This document shows, in pieces, positions 20,322 through 33,400 of a stretch of DNA of 64,000 nt; position 1 is the stretch's first letter; each line of letters begins with the position of its first letter. Location of the stretch: contig NC_092680.1 in NCBI RefSeq assembly GCF_964355755.1, forward strand, positions 6,758,001-6,822,000, in the 5' to 3' direction. This DNA comes from Antedon mediterranea (taxonomy: Eukaryota; Animalia; Echinodermata). The notes under the pieces were generated by a model. The model made no database searches, was not told the DNA's origin, and was given only the letters and a program-made list of their open reading frames with translations. Position numbers and translations under genes: made by a program.

Positions 20322-21659
20322 TTACTTTATGATTAGAGTCAATCAAAGTGTCCCCTAATTAGGGGTGTCCCCTGAACAAAGGTCTCCCAAGGAAGCCTTA
20401 CTACTACTGTAAAGTGTCTCTGTACTATGATACCTAAAGTAGGAACACATTAATGAGATAATGAAATACAGACCAGTTTAATTATCCTGTGTTGATTATT
20501 ACCAACCATTGCTGATCTATAGTGACAGTAGTGTGAACTTTCTGTGAGGGGTTAACCAAACCAGAAGACAACGTAACAAACCATTAGCCCTGGTGAAGGA
20601 ACACTGTTTTCCTAAAGCTTGAATGTTCTTTCCGACTGTTTTACTTATGTATTTTGTTTAGCTTATTTTATGTATATCTCTATTGAGATCTAGCCACTGA
20701 TACCCACAGCATTGTCTCATTTTTTTTGTTAGTAGTTTGCCTTTGAAATGATTTAGAGTACCGGTAGATATATTTATTCTTTCTTTATACTGTTACAAAC
20801 AGTAGCCCAGATCAATGATAGCACGTTGCCCTCAAATCAATCAACACATCAAACATGCAATATTAATGATATGACCCTAATTTAATTAGTGTACATCGTT
20901 TGTTAACAATTCACAGTTTCAAATTATTTTAATTTCATTATTAATACACCATAAACAAAATATCATTTAATTAATGAATCAAAATATATTGAATATTGCA
21001 TAAAAAGAAATAGCAGTACAAACAAATAATATAAAATACTGTAGTAAAATCATACGTTACATTTTTAAAAGATAACAGACACTTGATTGTTCAATGTGAT
21101 TGGTTATACTAATGCCAACTATTTTGTACAAATACCAGAGGAACGTAATTAAACAGTGAAGCCCAAATCCCTTTCAAATTATCCTGTGTTAATTAAAAGC
21201 TAACAATAATTTATTTATTTTGACAGTGGTGTGAACTCCTTACCTTCGTGTGGTTACCTAATTTGAGATAAGAGTTGCGCTGGGTTCAAATGGGAGGTGG
21301 ACTGAGGGTTGAAAGGCTAAATTGTAACTGTCATCACAAGCGTTGTTTAGTATTACTTTAACTTAAAAAACCTAGGAATACATAATTAAATCATAAACCC
21401 AGTTCCCTTTTAAATTATACTGTGTAAAGAAATCAGATCATGGCCATTATCATTATAAAGGCTGTTTATGCTTTAGTCTACTTTTACAAACTTCTGTTTA
21501 AAAACCCTGAGTTTGCCACTCTATGGAGAAGTTCTTTAAAACTATCCCGGTGTCTGTGGAGACTGTCACAGTGTCCTGCAGGACCACATAGTACAAAAAC
21601 TTTCATATAGCTGACTCCCCAAACAGTTTTTCAAGAAGGTGCTTGGCCTAACTTTTGCA

Positions 21660-21759
21660 CTACCCTTCTGATCTACCCTTCTGCACTACCCTTCTGCTCT
21701 ACCCTTCTGTACTACCCTTCTGCTCTACCCTTCTGTTCTACCCTTCTGTACTACCCTCC
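21660..21759 (+). repeat. Minisatellite, 13-bp unit CTACCCTTCTGNN x7.7
   Basis: Read directly from the sequence. Confidence 0.95.
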
Positions 21760-22230
21760 AGCAGCCAGGGCCATAGCCACCAGTACAGTTGGTAAGGTTT
21801 CAACCTGACCACTTTTTCACCTTCGACAACCCAGTGGCTTGAACAGAGATTGATCACTGTCTGCTGTTGGAGTTTGTTTAATTTAGATACTAACAGCTAC
21901 ATTTTTACTTTTTTTCACCTTTTTCTTTCTAAATAAGTGGTATTATTCAAAATCATATGTGTGGTCTTTGTAAGAAAAAAATAGTAAAATCTTCGACCAC
22001 TTCTGACATTATTTTGCGTTACATACAAAATGGTGTTCCAACAAAATTGATAGATTTTTTAACCATTATTTTGACAATGCCATGTATATTTAAACGGTTT
22101 AGAAATGCTGCATGTAATTTATTCACATCCCATTGGTTATTATATTAGTAAATAATTGGTATGTCGTTATGATATCCTGAAAATTATCTTTGATTTATTT
22201 ATTATTTGAGGCTTTATTTGATATATTTTA

Positions 22231-22367
22231 AGCTCTATCCATACAAACTAGTTTGACAAAAAATATGTAATGTGCCCAAATATGGTGGCGATATTATGTC
22301 ATCGTGTCCACATATAGGAACATTTATATTTTTTTGTCACATAAAGTTTTATAATGTAGACAGAGCT
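22231..22367. mobile_element. MITE family B copy (opposite orientation)
   Basis: tta|agctcta...tgtagacagagct|tta; gtgcccaaatatggt core. Confidence 0.75.
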
Positions 22368-23815
22368 TTAAAGACTACTTTTTCATAGGCATATACTTAA
22401 TACATCTAATTAGATATTTGTTCAACTACAATACAAAACTTCAATCTCCACATGTTTGTATCAGTGTGTATTGAAAGTGACTACATTAACATTAAAATTT
22501 CTTATCTTTTTTTTTAAACTAAAAGGTTGAATGCACCACTTTCCTGTGTGCTACCAATATAAAAGGTAAATGTCACAACAATTTGTATCAGTAATATTTA
22601 CACAAACCATAAGGAACTAAATGTACAAATGTGAGTACTCCCTCTATAGTTTAATAAGCATGAACTTTAAAACTATTTACTTGACCCATGTAATAAGTAT
22701 ATTCAAACTTGATATTAAGTACAGTTGTAAATTGACAACAAAACACATTTTAGCAAAATTATGTATTATATTATTGTACTTTATTTATTAAAAAAAAAAC
22801 ATTCACATTTGAAGAAAGACATAGCAAGTTGTGTTAACCTTTACATGCAAGAAAAAAGTTTCAGCGGAAGAAGAAAAAAATATATATATTTTGTTTAAAA
22901 TGAAAAGTAGGATTTCAGGCTGATTCTCTGTAAAATAATCTTTAAGGAAATTATTTTCCTAGTCTGTGTGATAGGATAAGTTATAGGTAAACGCCCACGT
23001 ATCATGCCATTAGGAAGTGAACAGTTAATCAGAACTAAGTACAATTGCTTTCAATATTATTTTCTTATTCATTTTGGAAACATGCCGCAATTTTTAAAGT
23101 AGTTTATATCAGCTGCTGCTTTTACAGATTTTTTCAAGAGTTTTTTAAGTCCTTCACCGAAGTGTTTAAGGTGATGTTACCAAATTATTATTACTCCCTC
23201 TCTTTTGGTCTAACATTCGTATTGATATTCATAGAAAAATTTGTTTGAAGGTTTGCATGACGAAGTCTATTGAGCGAAACGTTGAGAAAATCAACATTTC
23301 AATTCAAACTTTATATCAACATAGAAAAATTGTAAATGTAAATAAACACTACTCTATGATCAAATGAAAAGATATTTGGAGATTTTGTTTTCCAATGTTA
23401 GTCAGCAGAGACTGTATGTGTGTCTTTTAAAAAAAAAAACCTATAACATTTGATTAAATATTAAATAGGCCAGGTTTTGACCATCACACTCTAATAACAG
23501 CAAAAAAGAGTAAATAGCAGTAAAATAAATATGCTTATATATATGTAAAATAAGTGGATGATGATCTTTAATAAACAATTGAACATTTTTGCAATAACTT
23601 ATTTTAACAAACCTATAAGTTGATTACAATTCAAATACTGACAATTCATTTAGCAAACCGATGAGTCGTTATGTCCTGACAATAATATACAAATTAATTC
23701 GAAACTTGAATTTTTATTATTGATTTACATAAACACACAAAATAACAAATTGGTTTGGCTGAGTAATTCGTTTAAAAAATTGCCTCTTCTCTCAGTCAAA
23801 TCCACAAGGTTAAGG

Positions 23816-23838
23816 CATGGAGGAAAAAATCCTCCATG
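23816..23838. mobile_element. Micro-hairpin CATGGAGGA-aaaaa-TCCTCCATG with 7-bp TSD GTTAAGG (P-like footprint)
   Basis: Direct repeats at 23809-23815 and 23839-23845. Confidence 0.6.
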
Positions 23839-24121
23839 GTTAAGGGTCACTAAAATCTATAGACCGGCAAATGGAAAGGTTGAAATCAAAATGGATATTG
23901 CATTCTAAACTGTTAACGTCTTGCACGCAGGTAAAGCTAAACAAAAATAAACCATTTCCTGTTTGTGGCAGATTCTAAATAATTACTCCATTTGCTTATT
24001 TCTGATCAATTAATTAGAAAAACACCACTTCATGAATTTATAAACAAACTGCCACATGTCATGTCAAATTGTAAGAAGCCATTGTCAAAAATTATAAAGA
24101 CTCTCCTCCAGACTTACTGGA

Positions 24122-24215
24122 AGTCTAGTGTACACATCTGACTTGTGTGTACTTTAAGAACTTAGTGCACCTTTCGGAAGAGTAGGGGGTTACACGAGTG
24201 CACTGGTCCATCTCA
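24122..24215 (+). mobile_element. Deu-domain SINE fragment
   Basis: gtgtacacatct..ctttaagaacttagtgcacctttcggaagagtagggggttac matches the core of the 17185 copy. Confidence 0.6.
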
Positions 24216-24554
24216 GCCTCCATCATGGACTGATTTGGTTGCTGTTCAGAATGAATGGACCATATGGGGAGAAGGAAAGTGTTGTATGTGATATCATCTA
24301 GTTTGTATAAAGTGCATTATCCACTGTGAAGGGCTGTAATAGAGAAAATGCTATAAAGCAACATATAAGGTTCCTACTGTATTTATCATGAAATATTGAA
24401 CTGTACAAACACTTTAATTATTGGAATCCTATTTTTATTGATTAAATTCTAATTGATACGGTATAATTTAATTTTTTGCACATATGAACCATTTTAACTG
24501 CAAATAATATATATATATATTTTAAATGATTCATCTGTTTTGACACTACAGTTT

Positions 24555-24905
24555 AGCTGTATCATCCTCTGTCGGATGTAGCCCTCCTCATGCTTCTGCC
24601 AATCCCGTCTGTTCTGTGCTGTCCTCGCCCACGTGATGCCTGCATACTTTGTAATGTCGTCCCTCCATCGCCGTTTCTGCCTTCCCCTTTTTCTTGTGCC
24701 GGTTCTTGGTTGCCATTCCGTCATACGTTTTGTCCACCTGTTGTCATCCCTTCTTGCCAGGTGTCCCGCCCAACGCCATTTTGCTTCTTTTATTTTGTTC
24801 ATTATATCTTTGACTTTAGTCAATTTGCTTATTACTGTGTTTTTGATTTTATCCCTAATTGTCACTCCAAGCATCTGCCTTTCCATAGCTCTTTGTGCAG
24901 TGGTT
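24555..24905 (-). mobile_element. 5'-truncated RTE-clade LINE, ORF2 C-terminus (AMERQMLGVTIRDKIKN...KWRWAGHLARRDDNRWTK..EWQPR...RGRQKRRWRDDI)
   Basis: ORF 24494..24886 carries the WAGH..R and RGRxxxRW motifs typical of RTE C-termini. Confidence 0.92.
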
Positions 24906-27900
24906 AGATGATTATTAAATTAAATGAAATAAAAAAAAATAAAATAAAATCTGAATAAAGAAAAAACAATTGAAATCTTGTTTTTGATGCGTAACCATTG
25001 ACTTCTTGAGTTGTTTTAATAGTTAGATTTTAAGTCGTTTTAAATAGTGCAATTCATTATTTTGATTCATCAAATATTTTATTGTTTTTGCTTAGATCCT
25101 TATGAGGTAAATATTAAAAATTTGTAAAGGAAGTTAGGTCGTATGAGAGTACAAGTTGCCCTTAGGCCGTACTTGTCAGCAAATATTTAGGAGTGCATTA
25201 TTCAGGTACACCTCGCAGGGGGATGTCACCAACATCAAAAGTCACTTTGCTTCAGGCCTAAAATTAACTTTTGATAACATAAGGTCATTTCTTATTTGTT
25301 TAAATCTGCTTATTTTTTTTGTCAGGTAAACTGTTCTTAATGTCCAGAAATTAATTAAAATATTTGACTCATTCATAAATGCTTTTGTCTGAATTAGAAA
25401 CTCCTATTTTCTTTTTCACTTCAAATTCATGCTGTATTTTCTTTTTCTAATTTTTACTAGTCTTTGTTAAAATTATTCCTTTTTTTATTTAATATTTGTT
25501 AAAAAGTAACAGCCCCAATGACTATTAGTCAAAGGGAAACTTTAAGAAAATATTGCGATAATTAAAATTGTTTGAATCTAAGATTAAAAGGAAATTAAGG
25601 AATATTTTAACTCAAATTTGAATTGAAGTATAATTTCTTTAAATTTTGTTGTATTAATAAATAATAAAAATAAGTATTTGTGAGAAATAGCGGTAAATTT
25701 CTTTTGTTGTACTTTTAAATATTTTTTATCATTTTATGAATAAATTTGTTCGTATTCATTTTTGTTTTAGCCTTGCCATTCGAACATTACTAACCAGAAG
25801 TTGATTCGTTGTTTAGGTCACAACTTACCGAGTAAAAACCTATTACAGTACTCTCCTACATTGGTATGATACTTACAAAAAGAGAATTTCCCTTACAACA
25901 AATTTGAACCATTACAACCGTTTATTTACAGCAAAGTAATAGATGTCGCATTCCTGAAAATGAACTGAAATCAGTAATTCCTAAAATTATATATTTCCTG
26001 AAATTTAACTTTAGATCTGTTTTTAAAGATATCACAAATTGTATGTCCAATACAAGGTTAAATTTCATTCTATAATCCACATAACTATCATTATTTTACA
26101 AATTCTATTTCCAAGGACATCTTTTGATATAGGAGCATGTTGAGCAATAATATCACAGAGAGATTTCAGTTTATGATATGTTTGTGTGTTTGAGAAGTCC
26201 GTTTAGTTTTCATTTTAAATTCTCAATTCTTAAGGCCATCTTGATTAATAGATTGAATCAGTTGTGAAAATGCAATCACGTTCGGATAAAAGAAACTCCG
26301 AGATTTTGGCAGCGATAAACTAATAGAGATGAGACAATTGGAAATCATTCAAGTTAAAAGCTGACAAGTCATTAATTGGAGCAATTTGTCTATCGCTGGC
26401 GGGGTTGCCCTCTACTTTGAGCAATTCAAACATACACAGCATGCTATCAAAGCTTTCCCATAGTGAATGCCTAAATAGCAGGTCCTGAACAAACATCAAA
26501 CGATCATCTTTAAGGATGCGGACATTCCAACCTGACCCCCCATCCATTTTTTAATTCATCAAGCCTGAACCGTATCAATCTATTATCGCCTTTTCACACA
26601 AATAACCAAATTGTTCACTGCGTAATGATGGCATATCTGTTCAGACACCCTGAGGCTAATATTATCTCAACTAGGCTGTTTAATCACCGGATATTGTACG
26701 GCCAATCATAATTTGTCATTATAATTAGTAATGACTGAACTATGATTAGCATCAGTTGAAAAAACAGCATTTCATGTGAAATTTGATGTTTTTATTGCCT
26801 CATGTTTAAATTCCTATTGATTATCCCAAAGACTTTTTATCACACCTCAAATTACAGTCTTTTAAATAAAAAAAAGTGACTGAGAAAATTAGAGGGATTT
26901 TCTGAATGGAAATTGGCTTGAGAATTTGAAATTTAATTATATATGGAAGAACATTAGAAACTCATGCTTTGGTATTATATATTCATCTGCACAATGTCTT
27001 AGTATTTAAATGTCCAGTGTCACAATGTAACATTTTTATTATTCAATTTGCAATTACTTTATTTTATTTTATTTCATCAAAACCAACAGCAACGAAAGTT
27101 GCCACTTAAAGGTAATTTCATTGTAAAATTCTTATTATTTGAAAGATATGTTTTGTAAAAATTTGGATAGGAATGGGAAATTGCTATTGTCAGTTGGTTT
27201 ACACATAAATGTAACATTTAATTTTGTTCATAACATGCATTTTATGATTTTTTCAAGTTTATTAGTATTACTTTTAAATTGATTAATTCACAAAATACTG
27301 TAGTTATCTTTTTTATAAAGATGCTTATTATATACTTTTTTATCCTTACAAAATGATAACATTTTTATCTTTAGACGCATAATATTTTATCTTTTTGTAA
27401 AGCATAGTAAAACCTACAGATTTTCCCACACGCTAAAGTAAGAAAGACATTTTTCCAAGAAACGTGTTTCGTTTTTATAGATATATTTTGCAATGTTGAC
27501 AAACAGACTGTGAACATATGTACAGTAGTAAGATCCACTTGAGTTTGTCCTGTCCAATGTCAAACTGTTATCCACTTGTCCAATGAACTAAAGAGTGTTA
27601 GGTCAAATAAAATGAATTAATAGATGATTGTCGGCTTCCTCATCTTTTTCACAGCACAAGTTTTCTTCTAATTTTAAATAATCTAATTTTTAGAATCTTA
27701 TTCTGATACACAATTAGATTAGATAGTGTTAGGTATTTTCAATTCAATTCAACTTTTATTTCAGAAAATTGTCCATATGGTATAATACATTACACACAAA
27801 AAAAAAGATGAAGGAGAGAGGACCAACACTTTTATCTATTGGTATTAAATGCCTCTATCCATTTGTAGTACATGTTTGAATCCATCAACAAATATTTATA

Positions 27901-28752
27901 TATACAAATTTAGTTTCAAGTTAGTTAGTTGCAGTAGTTAGTTACTTACTTAGTTACAGTAGTTAGATAATAGCCTAATGAGTAAACTTTGTATAGAGAT
28001 GCTGCTGACACTACTCTAAATGGGGAAAACGACGAGTAATTCTTAATTTTAATAGTTTCAATAAGATGGAAATAGAAAATCACTGATGATACATCAAATA
28101 AAGGATAGAAAAAAAAACCACTACCAACAAAATTAGAGATTTTCGATAATGAATCAAATGAGGCTGGAATGATAATAAAGATCTTGAGGAACAAATAATT
28201 ACAATAGATTAGTGAGAAACAATTTTAAAAAAAGTAAAAGAACAGAACAGAAATCAAACATTTTAAAACAAATTTATTTAATGCAACAAGTATCATGTTT
28301 TTTGTCCAGTTCTTGATGATAGCTTGATAGCGTCTATAGGCCTTTTTGCCAAAATAAAATATCTTAATCGTTTCTTTAAAAATGCACAACTTTTACTTAT
28401 TTTAGTGTACACAGTTGCTAGCTGTTGATGGATGGATATTAAACTGCTGTTTTTAGGAAATCCCCTGTTGACAGCCTGGCTTTAAATCAGTTGTTGTTAA
28501 TTAGTCAATATTTGTTTTCCTTTTTTTATTTCTTTCCCTTTTCGCTGTAAAGATATAGGGTTCTTGACTGTGTGGTCACAAGTTCTAGGCTGCTAATAGT
28601 TTGTTTGCTATCCACTATGTTCTACTGCTATTATTACTACAGCATTAGGTTTATACATTTTTTTAGGGCTGCGAAGTTTGAGCTAAAGTGATGACATCAT
28701 AATGTGCTTGAAATTAAAAACACAACTTTTACAATAATCTTCATTAAGGAGT

Positions 28753-28890
28753 GGAGTTGTGGCTTGGTGGTAATGATGCTTGGCTACCACTCCAAGGGTC
28801 CTGGGTTCAAGAACATCTTGTGTATATGTTTGTCTTGTGAACCTCTGAGCGTCCCTACTGATCAGCAATTGCTGGATGGATCATCCTCAT
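28753..28890 (+). mobile_element. Degenerate tRNA-derived SINE head
   Basis: Box A tggcttggtgg, box B ggttcaaga; no complete cloverleaf. Confidence 0.55.
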
Positions 28891-29361
28891 TAAATATGGT
28901 AAAACAAAAAATTACCATTTTTCTTGAAACTGTGTTATTCTAAATTATGGAAAAAAAATTGGGTAATGACCTAAAAACATAAATTATTTTTCAATTAAAT
29001 CATACAGTATTATCATCAAATACGTCCCTCATCTTATATGTGTTCCAAACTATCTTTATTTAAGTGAGTTTGAATACTCATATTTGTATATTAACTTTCA
29101 TATGATAAAGTATTTTTACTTTTTTGTGTATTATATATTTGTGATCTAGTGGCCTACTGTTTTTTTTTTTATTACTTTTTTAGCATATTTTTTCCATATA
29201 TTTAGAAAGTTTTTTTATAGCGTTGTTTGAAAACACCTTGAAGTGTAACCAAAAGTATATTATTATAGATCAATTAGACACAACTTTGCGCTGATTACTA
29301 GCTGCATTATGGAAGCATGTTTCCATACGTGTTTGATTAAAAAAAATGACAGGGGTAATAA

Positions 29362-29426
29362 TGTTCAGCGCATTGAGAGATTGCTTATATGCGCTATATA
29401 AGAATGAACTATTATATTATTATTAT
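29362..29426 (+). mobile_element. L2-type LINE/SINE 3' tail
   Basis: agcgcattgag...gcgctatataagaa..(tat)n. Confidence 0.6.
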
Positions 29427-30337
29427 AGTTGTATATCTATTTGTAAAAGTGTTTATGGTGAAATAGAATCATTACCTTACTTGACCAAACTTCTGAGTAC
29501 TGTGTGAACTTAATGCCGACTTAAATAATATGACATACAATAATAAAAAAAACATCAGTTTGAACGCCATACTCTTTTGGGTGGGATTATTGATTCTATT
29601 GTGGGTGGGTAAATGATTCTGCCAAAAGCAATTTGCCAGTCAATTTAGTTGTGATAAACTTTATAGCTCACTTTAAAATTTATGGGAGGTGATAGAAGAC
29701 CCTTTAACCTACATCTGTTTCCCTGTCCACATGCCACAGGTAAAAATACTTCCACCTTTTCCTTACTAACTTAACCAGTATAATGACAAAGTCATGATGT
29801 GACGATGCATGTTATGACTAAAAATGTTTAGGTTCGTTCTTCCTGCTTCCTTTCTCTCACTTTGAAGTGGGTTCCATCTTGATGTATAAGTAACACCTAT
29901 ATCAGTAACACCTGTACTCAATATGCCTACTAATGATTATTTACATATTTCTGAATTTCCGATTAAACAGGATCCTCTGGTATCCAGTAAATTAAACAAG
30001 ATTTGAGGTCATGCCTGTAGACCTGATTGAACAAAGATATGGATTATTTTCCCCAAAAGAGCAGATACTGTACCACAAATTGTTAATTAATAAATTAATT
30101 GAGATATTAACATTAATAATAGTATTAAAATAACATAATCAGGAAAAATAAAAAAACACTGACAATTTATGATAAATTTCTACTGTAATTTTAATGGTTC
30201 TGCAGATAGAACCCAACTAAAAAAATTCACAAATAAAATGTAAAGTAAAATGTTTGATGAAATAAATTGTTAGTTGAATTTCAATTAACTGGTAAATTAT
30301 TTTGCATATTAACCAACCTTGCATGATTTACAGTATG

Positions 30338-30364
30338 CAGGGAGTTGTTAATAACAACTCCCTG
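30338..30364. mobile_element. Micro-hairpin CAGGGAGTTGTTA-a-TAACAACTCCCTG with 7-bp TSD CAGTATG (P-like footprint)
   Basis: Direct repeats at 30331-30337 and 30365-30371. Confidence 0.7.
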
Positions 30365-30409
30365 CAGTATGCATGTAAATAATTTTCCAATTTTTGATCA
30401 AAGTATTAA

Positions 30410-33400
30410 GAGCCGTTGTCTGTAAGAATCAAAGAAATATCAAAAAGAGTGGCAGACTCAAAAAAATGGATTTCTTTCAAATTTTGCACATGGCTATATA
30501 TGTGTTGAGAGAAATCAAATATGAAGTATTTTTTATTTCACACGTATATTTCCATGGCAACGGCCAAATTTGTGTTTTTGACAAATTTTGTCCTTTTTTA
30601 AGGTTTTTTAAAATGGATATTGGTACTACTTTGATGAACGATATTTTTGTGTTGTTCATTTAATTATAAAAAATAATTAGTGTATGCATAATAACAATGC
30701 ATTGTGTACCTGTTTCAAATTTTTTTATTATTTTTTATTTCATACTTTGGGAGATACCATTTATTTAAAAAGGGGTGTTTTTCACTTTTTTTAAATTGTT
30801 CAATGCAACTAAACTTTACTTCACCATAACGCCCAAAGTGGTGTATTTTTTTAGCTGATTTATTACAAATAGGTAGTTCTAATGTTTAATAATTGATTTC
30901 TAAAATAAAATACTGGGGTAAATTAAAAATCTACAAGCAGTGTTGCGAGAAACATAGGCATTTTTATAAAAAAAAAACATGGTATATTAGTAAAAACATT
31001 TTATTTTCTTTGATTATTTGATTTGAAACTCATTGGTCAGAAAAATTCTTAATGTTTTATATAGTTCTAGTTGTGTTGTGAGAAAAAAAAATTAATTTTT
31101 AATTATAGATTCTGTAATTCCCAGTTTTAATGTCATTTTATAAGTTATATCCTCTGGAAATTTGAATAAATTATCAGATCGTTGTGAATTTTAATCTTTG
31201 CAACAGATTACTCCTCTCTTATTTTGAAGCTCCTCTTTCATTTGTTTACTTCTTTTATTTGCTAACCTAAGCAGATCCCACATGCCCATCCACCACCACT
31301 TTCGACTACCACCCCCCCCCCCCCCCCCGACTATAACCACAAAAAGATAAACTGCAACACTTTGGTCGATCATCCACTATAGAGTGTCAAATGCATGCAT
31401 TCAAGCACCACCCACACTGCCGCTACCATCGCCCCAATGAATAGACGGATTCAAACTCCTCCATCCCACTCCATCCCACCCCTCCCCCTTTCTCCAAGCC
31501 CCCACCCACCCCAAGTTAAAAATTGCAATGCAAAAGATAGGACATAAAGTTAAGTTTTTAGACCCTCGCCTTCAACCACCTAACTATTTAAAAGTCCTGC
31601 ATCCACCACTTCCCCCTCCCCAAAATAGAACCAATCAAAAGTCAATGATATACTCAGGTATGTTAATGCTACATAACAAATATTGAAGCCCTGATTTGAA
31701 ATTTCAATTCATTTAAGGTCAGCATGTAAAATATCACACTTTATTATTAAATATTGGTTTTAAATTCTATATTTTTTTTACTGTGATGGTTGGATTCAGT
31801 ATTAATTATTAATTAATAATTATCTGATAATTATTTAATTTCCCTTAGTTATGCATAGCAACAGTTACTATGGTAACAAAAAATGAGATATTCTTTTGCA
31901 TATTTATCTCATACAAATTTAAATTTGTAGATTATTAGCAGGCATGCCTTATTTGCATTTTCAAATTACCGTTTCACAAGGTCATATTCGTAAGCACTTT
32001 CTTCTGTGATTATTTTTATTCATGAAAACCCCATATTTTATTTACAGCGGCCACCTCCCTTAACGGACGCACTTTGAAAAGCCTGTTTGTTCTTCCTATC
32101 TAATTAGTGCATTTGGTGCTTACCGTAAGCAGCTGCGGGCACCTTTTTATACTAAAAATGAGATTTTTTGTAAGCGGCCAATCGAAAAATGTGATACTTA
32201 TTGCATGGACCTATGAATTAGAGGTGCATGTTTATTGTATTTCTTTATATATTAGCTTTATTTTGAAGAGGTTTTAAAAACATTACTTTGAAGAGATGAG
32301 AAAACTACACAGATTTTGACCGACCATTTTTCATATGATAAAAGTTTTTAAAATTTGTCTGAAAATGCTAAAAAATAGTAAACCACCTGATTATAAATAA
32401 TAATAGGCCTACAATTAGCTGGAAAATTGAGACGCTCGTTTCGTTAAGAATATCGTATATAGCCATAATAAGTGATTTTGGCCCTTTATCGGCAGAACCT
32501 CCCGTAAGGGGTCACCGCCCGTAAGCGGCCACTTTTCCAGGTCCCGAGGGTGGCCACTTACGGGAGGTTCAACTGTATTTAAAAAAACAATTATCCTTAG
32601 TTACGCATAGAAACATGTTCTAAGATAACATAAATAATACATTTTGACATAACTTGACCCAACAAATGACCCTTTCACAAGGTCAGACATTTTCTGGGAT
32701 TCAGTAGATAAGTAAATTTGGGAAAAGGTAGTAAAGCTATGTAATCAATTGTTTGTAGTCATGAAACCCCATATTAAAAATATTGTACTTAGTTACGTAT
32801 AGAAACAGTTGCTACAATACACTATAGGTAAAATGTTGATGTCATTTGACCTCAATATGTAAAATTTTTTTTTTTAAAATATCATTTGTTACGTAAACAG
32901 GTTTAAGATAACAATAAACGCTTTTTTACCTTCATTCAGATTCGTCAAGACTTTCTTTCTGAGATTATTAGGATTCAGTATTTAAAGTAAATTTGGCAAA
33001 AAGTAGAAATGTAAAACTATGTAGAAAAAATGTTTTGTATTTATGAAAACCCCCTATTTTTTTTAAATTTTCGCATAGAAACAGTTACTATGGTAAAATG
33101 TTGACCTCAAAATGAATGAATTTACAAGGTCAAGTTTGTCATTAATGGAATGCAGTAGAAGTCAAATTGAGAAAAATTACAAATGCAATCAATTCTTTGT
33201 ATTTATAAAAACGCCATTTTTTACGTTTTTTTTAAAATTACTTTCCTTAGTTACACATAGAAATGGTTGCTAAGGTAACACTATAGGTAAAATATGAAAA
33301 TTGTTGAGAATTGTTATGAACTATCTTGTAAATTTTGATCAAACATTAATAGTTGTAGTAAAGTGGGGACCTGTCCTGTTTTGCATTCTGACCCCTTTTG

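Noticed and set aside
21660-21759. CRISPR-like repeat/spacer array
   Set aside because: 11-bp repeat with 2-bp 'spacers', no cas genes, eukaryotic context
23255-23290. Hammerhead ribozyme core (tgacgaag...cgaaacgttg); also ctgatga..gaaac near 13397
   Set aside because: Core C missing or stem II unpairable, and no flanking stem I/III found
28753-28830. tRNA gene
   Set aside because: Only degenerate A/B boxes; acceptor and T stems do not pair
31191-31510. Poly-Gly ORF and G-quadruplex-prone tract
   Set aside because: Arises from a poly-C run inside the Kolobok-type element; no coding signal
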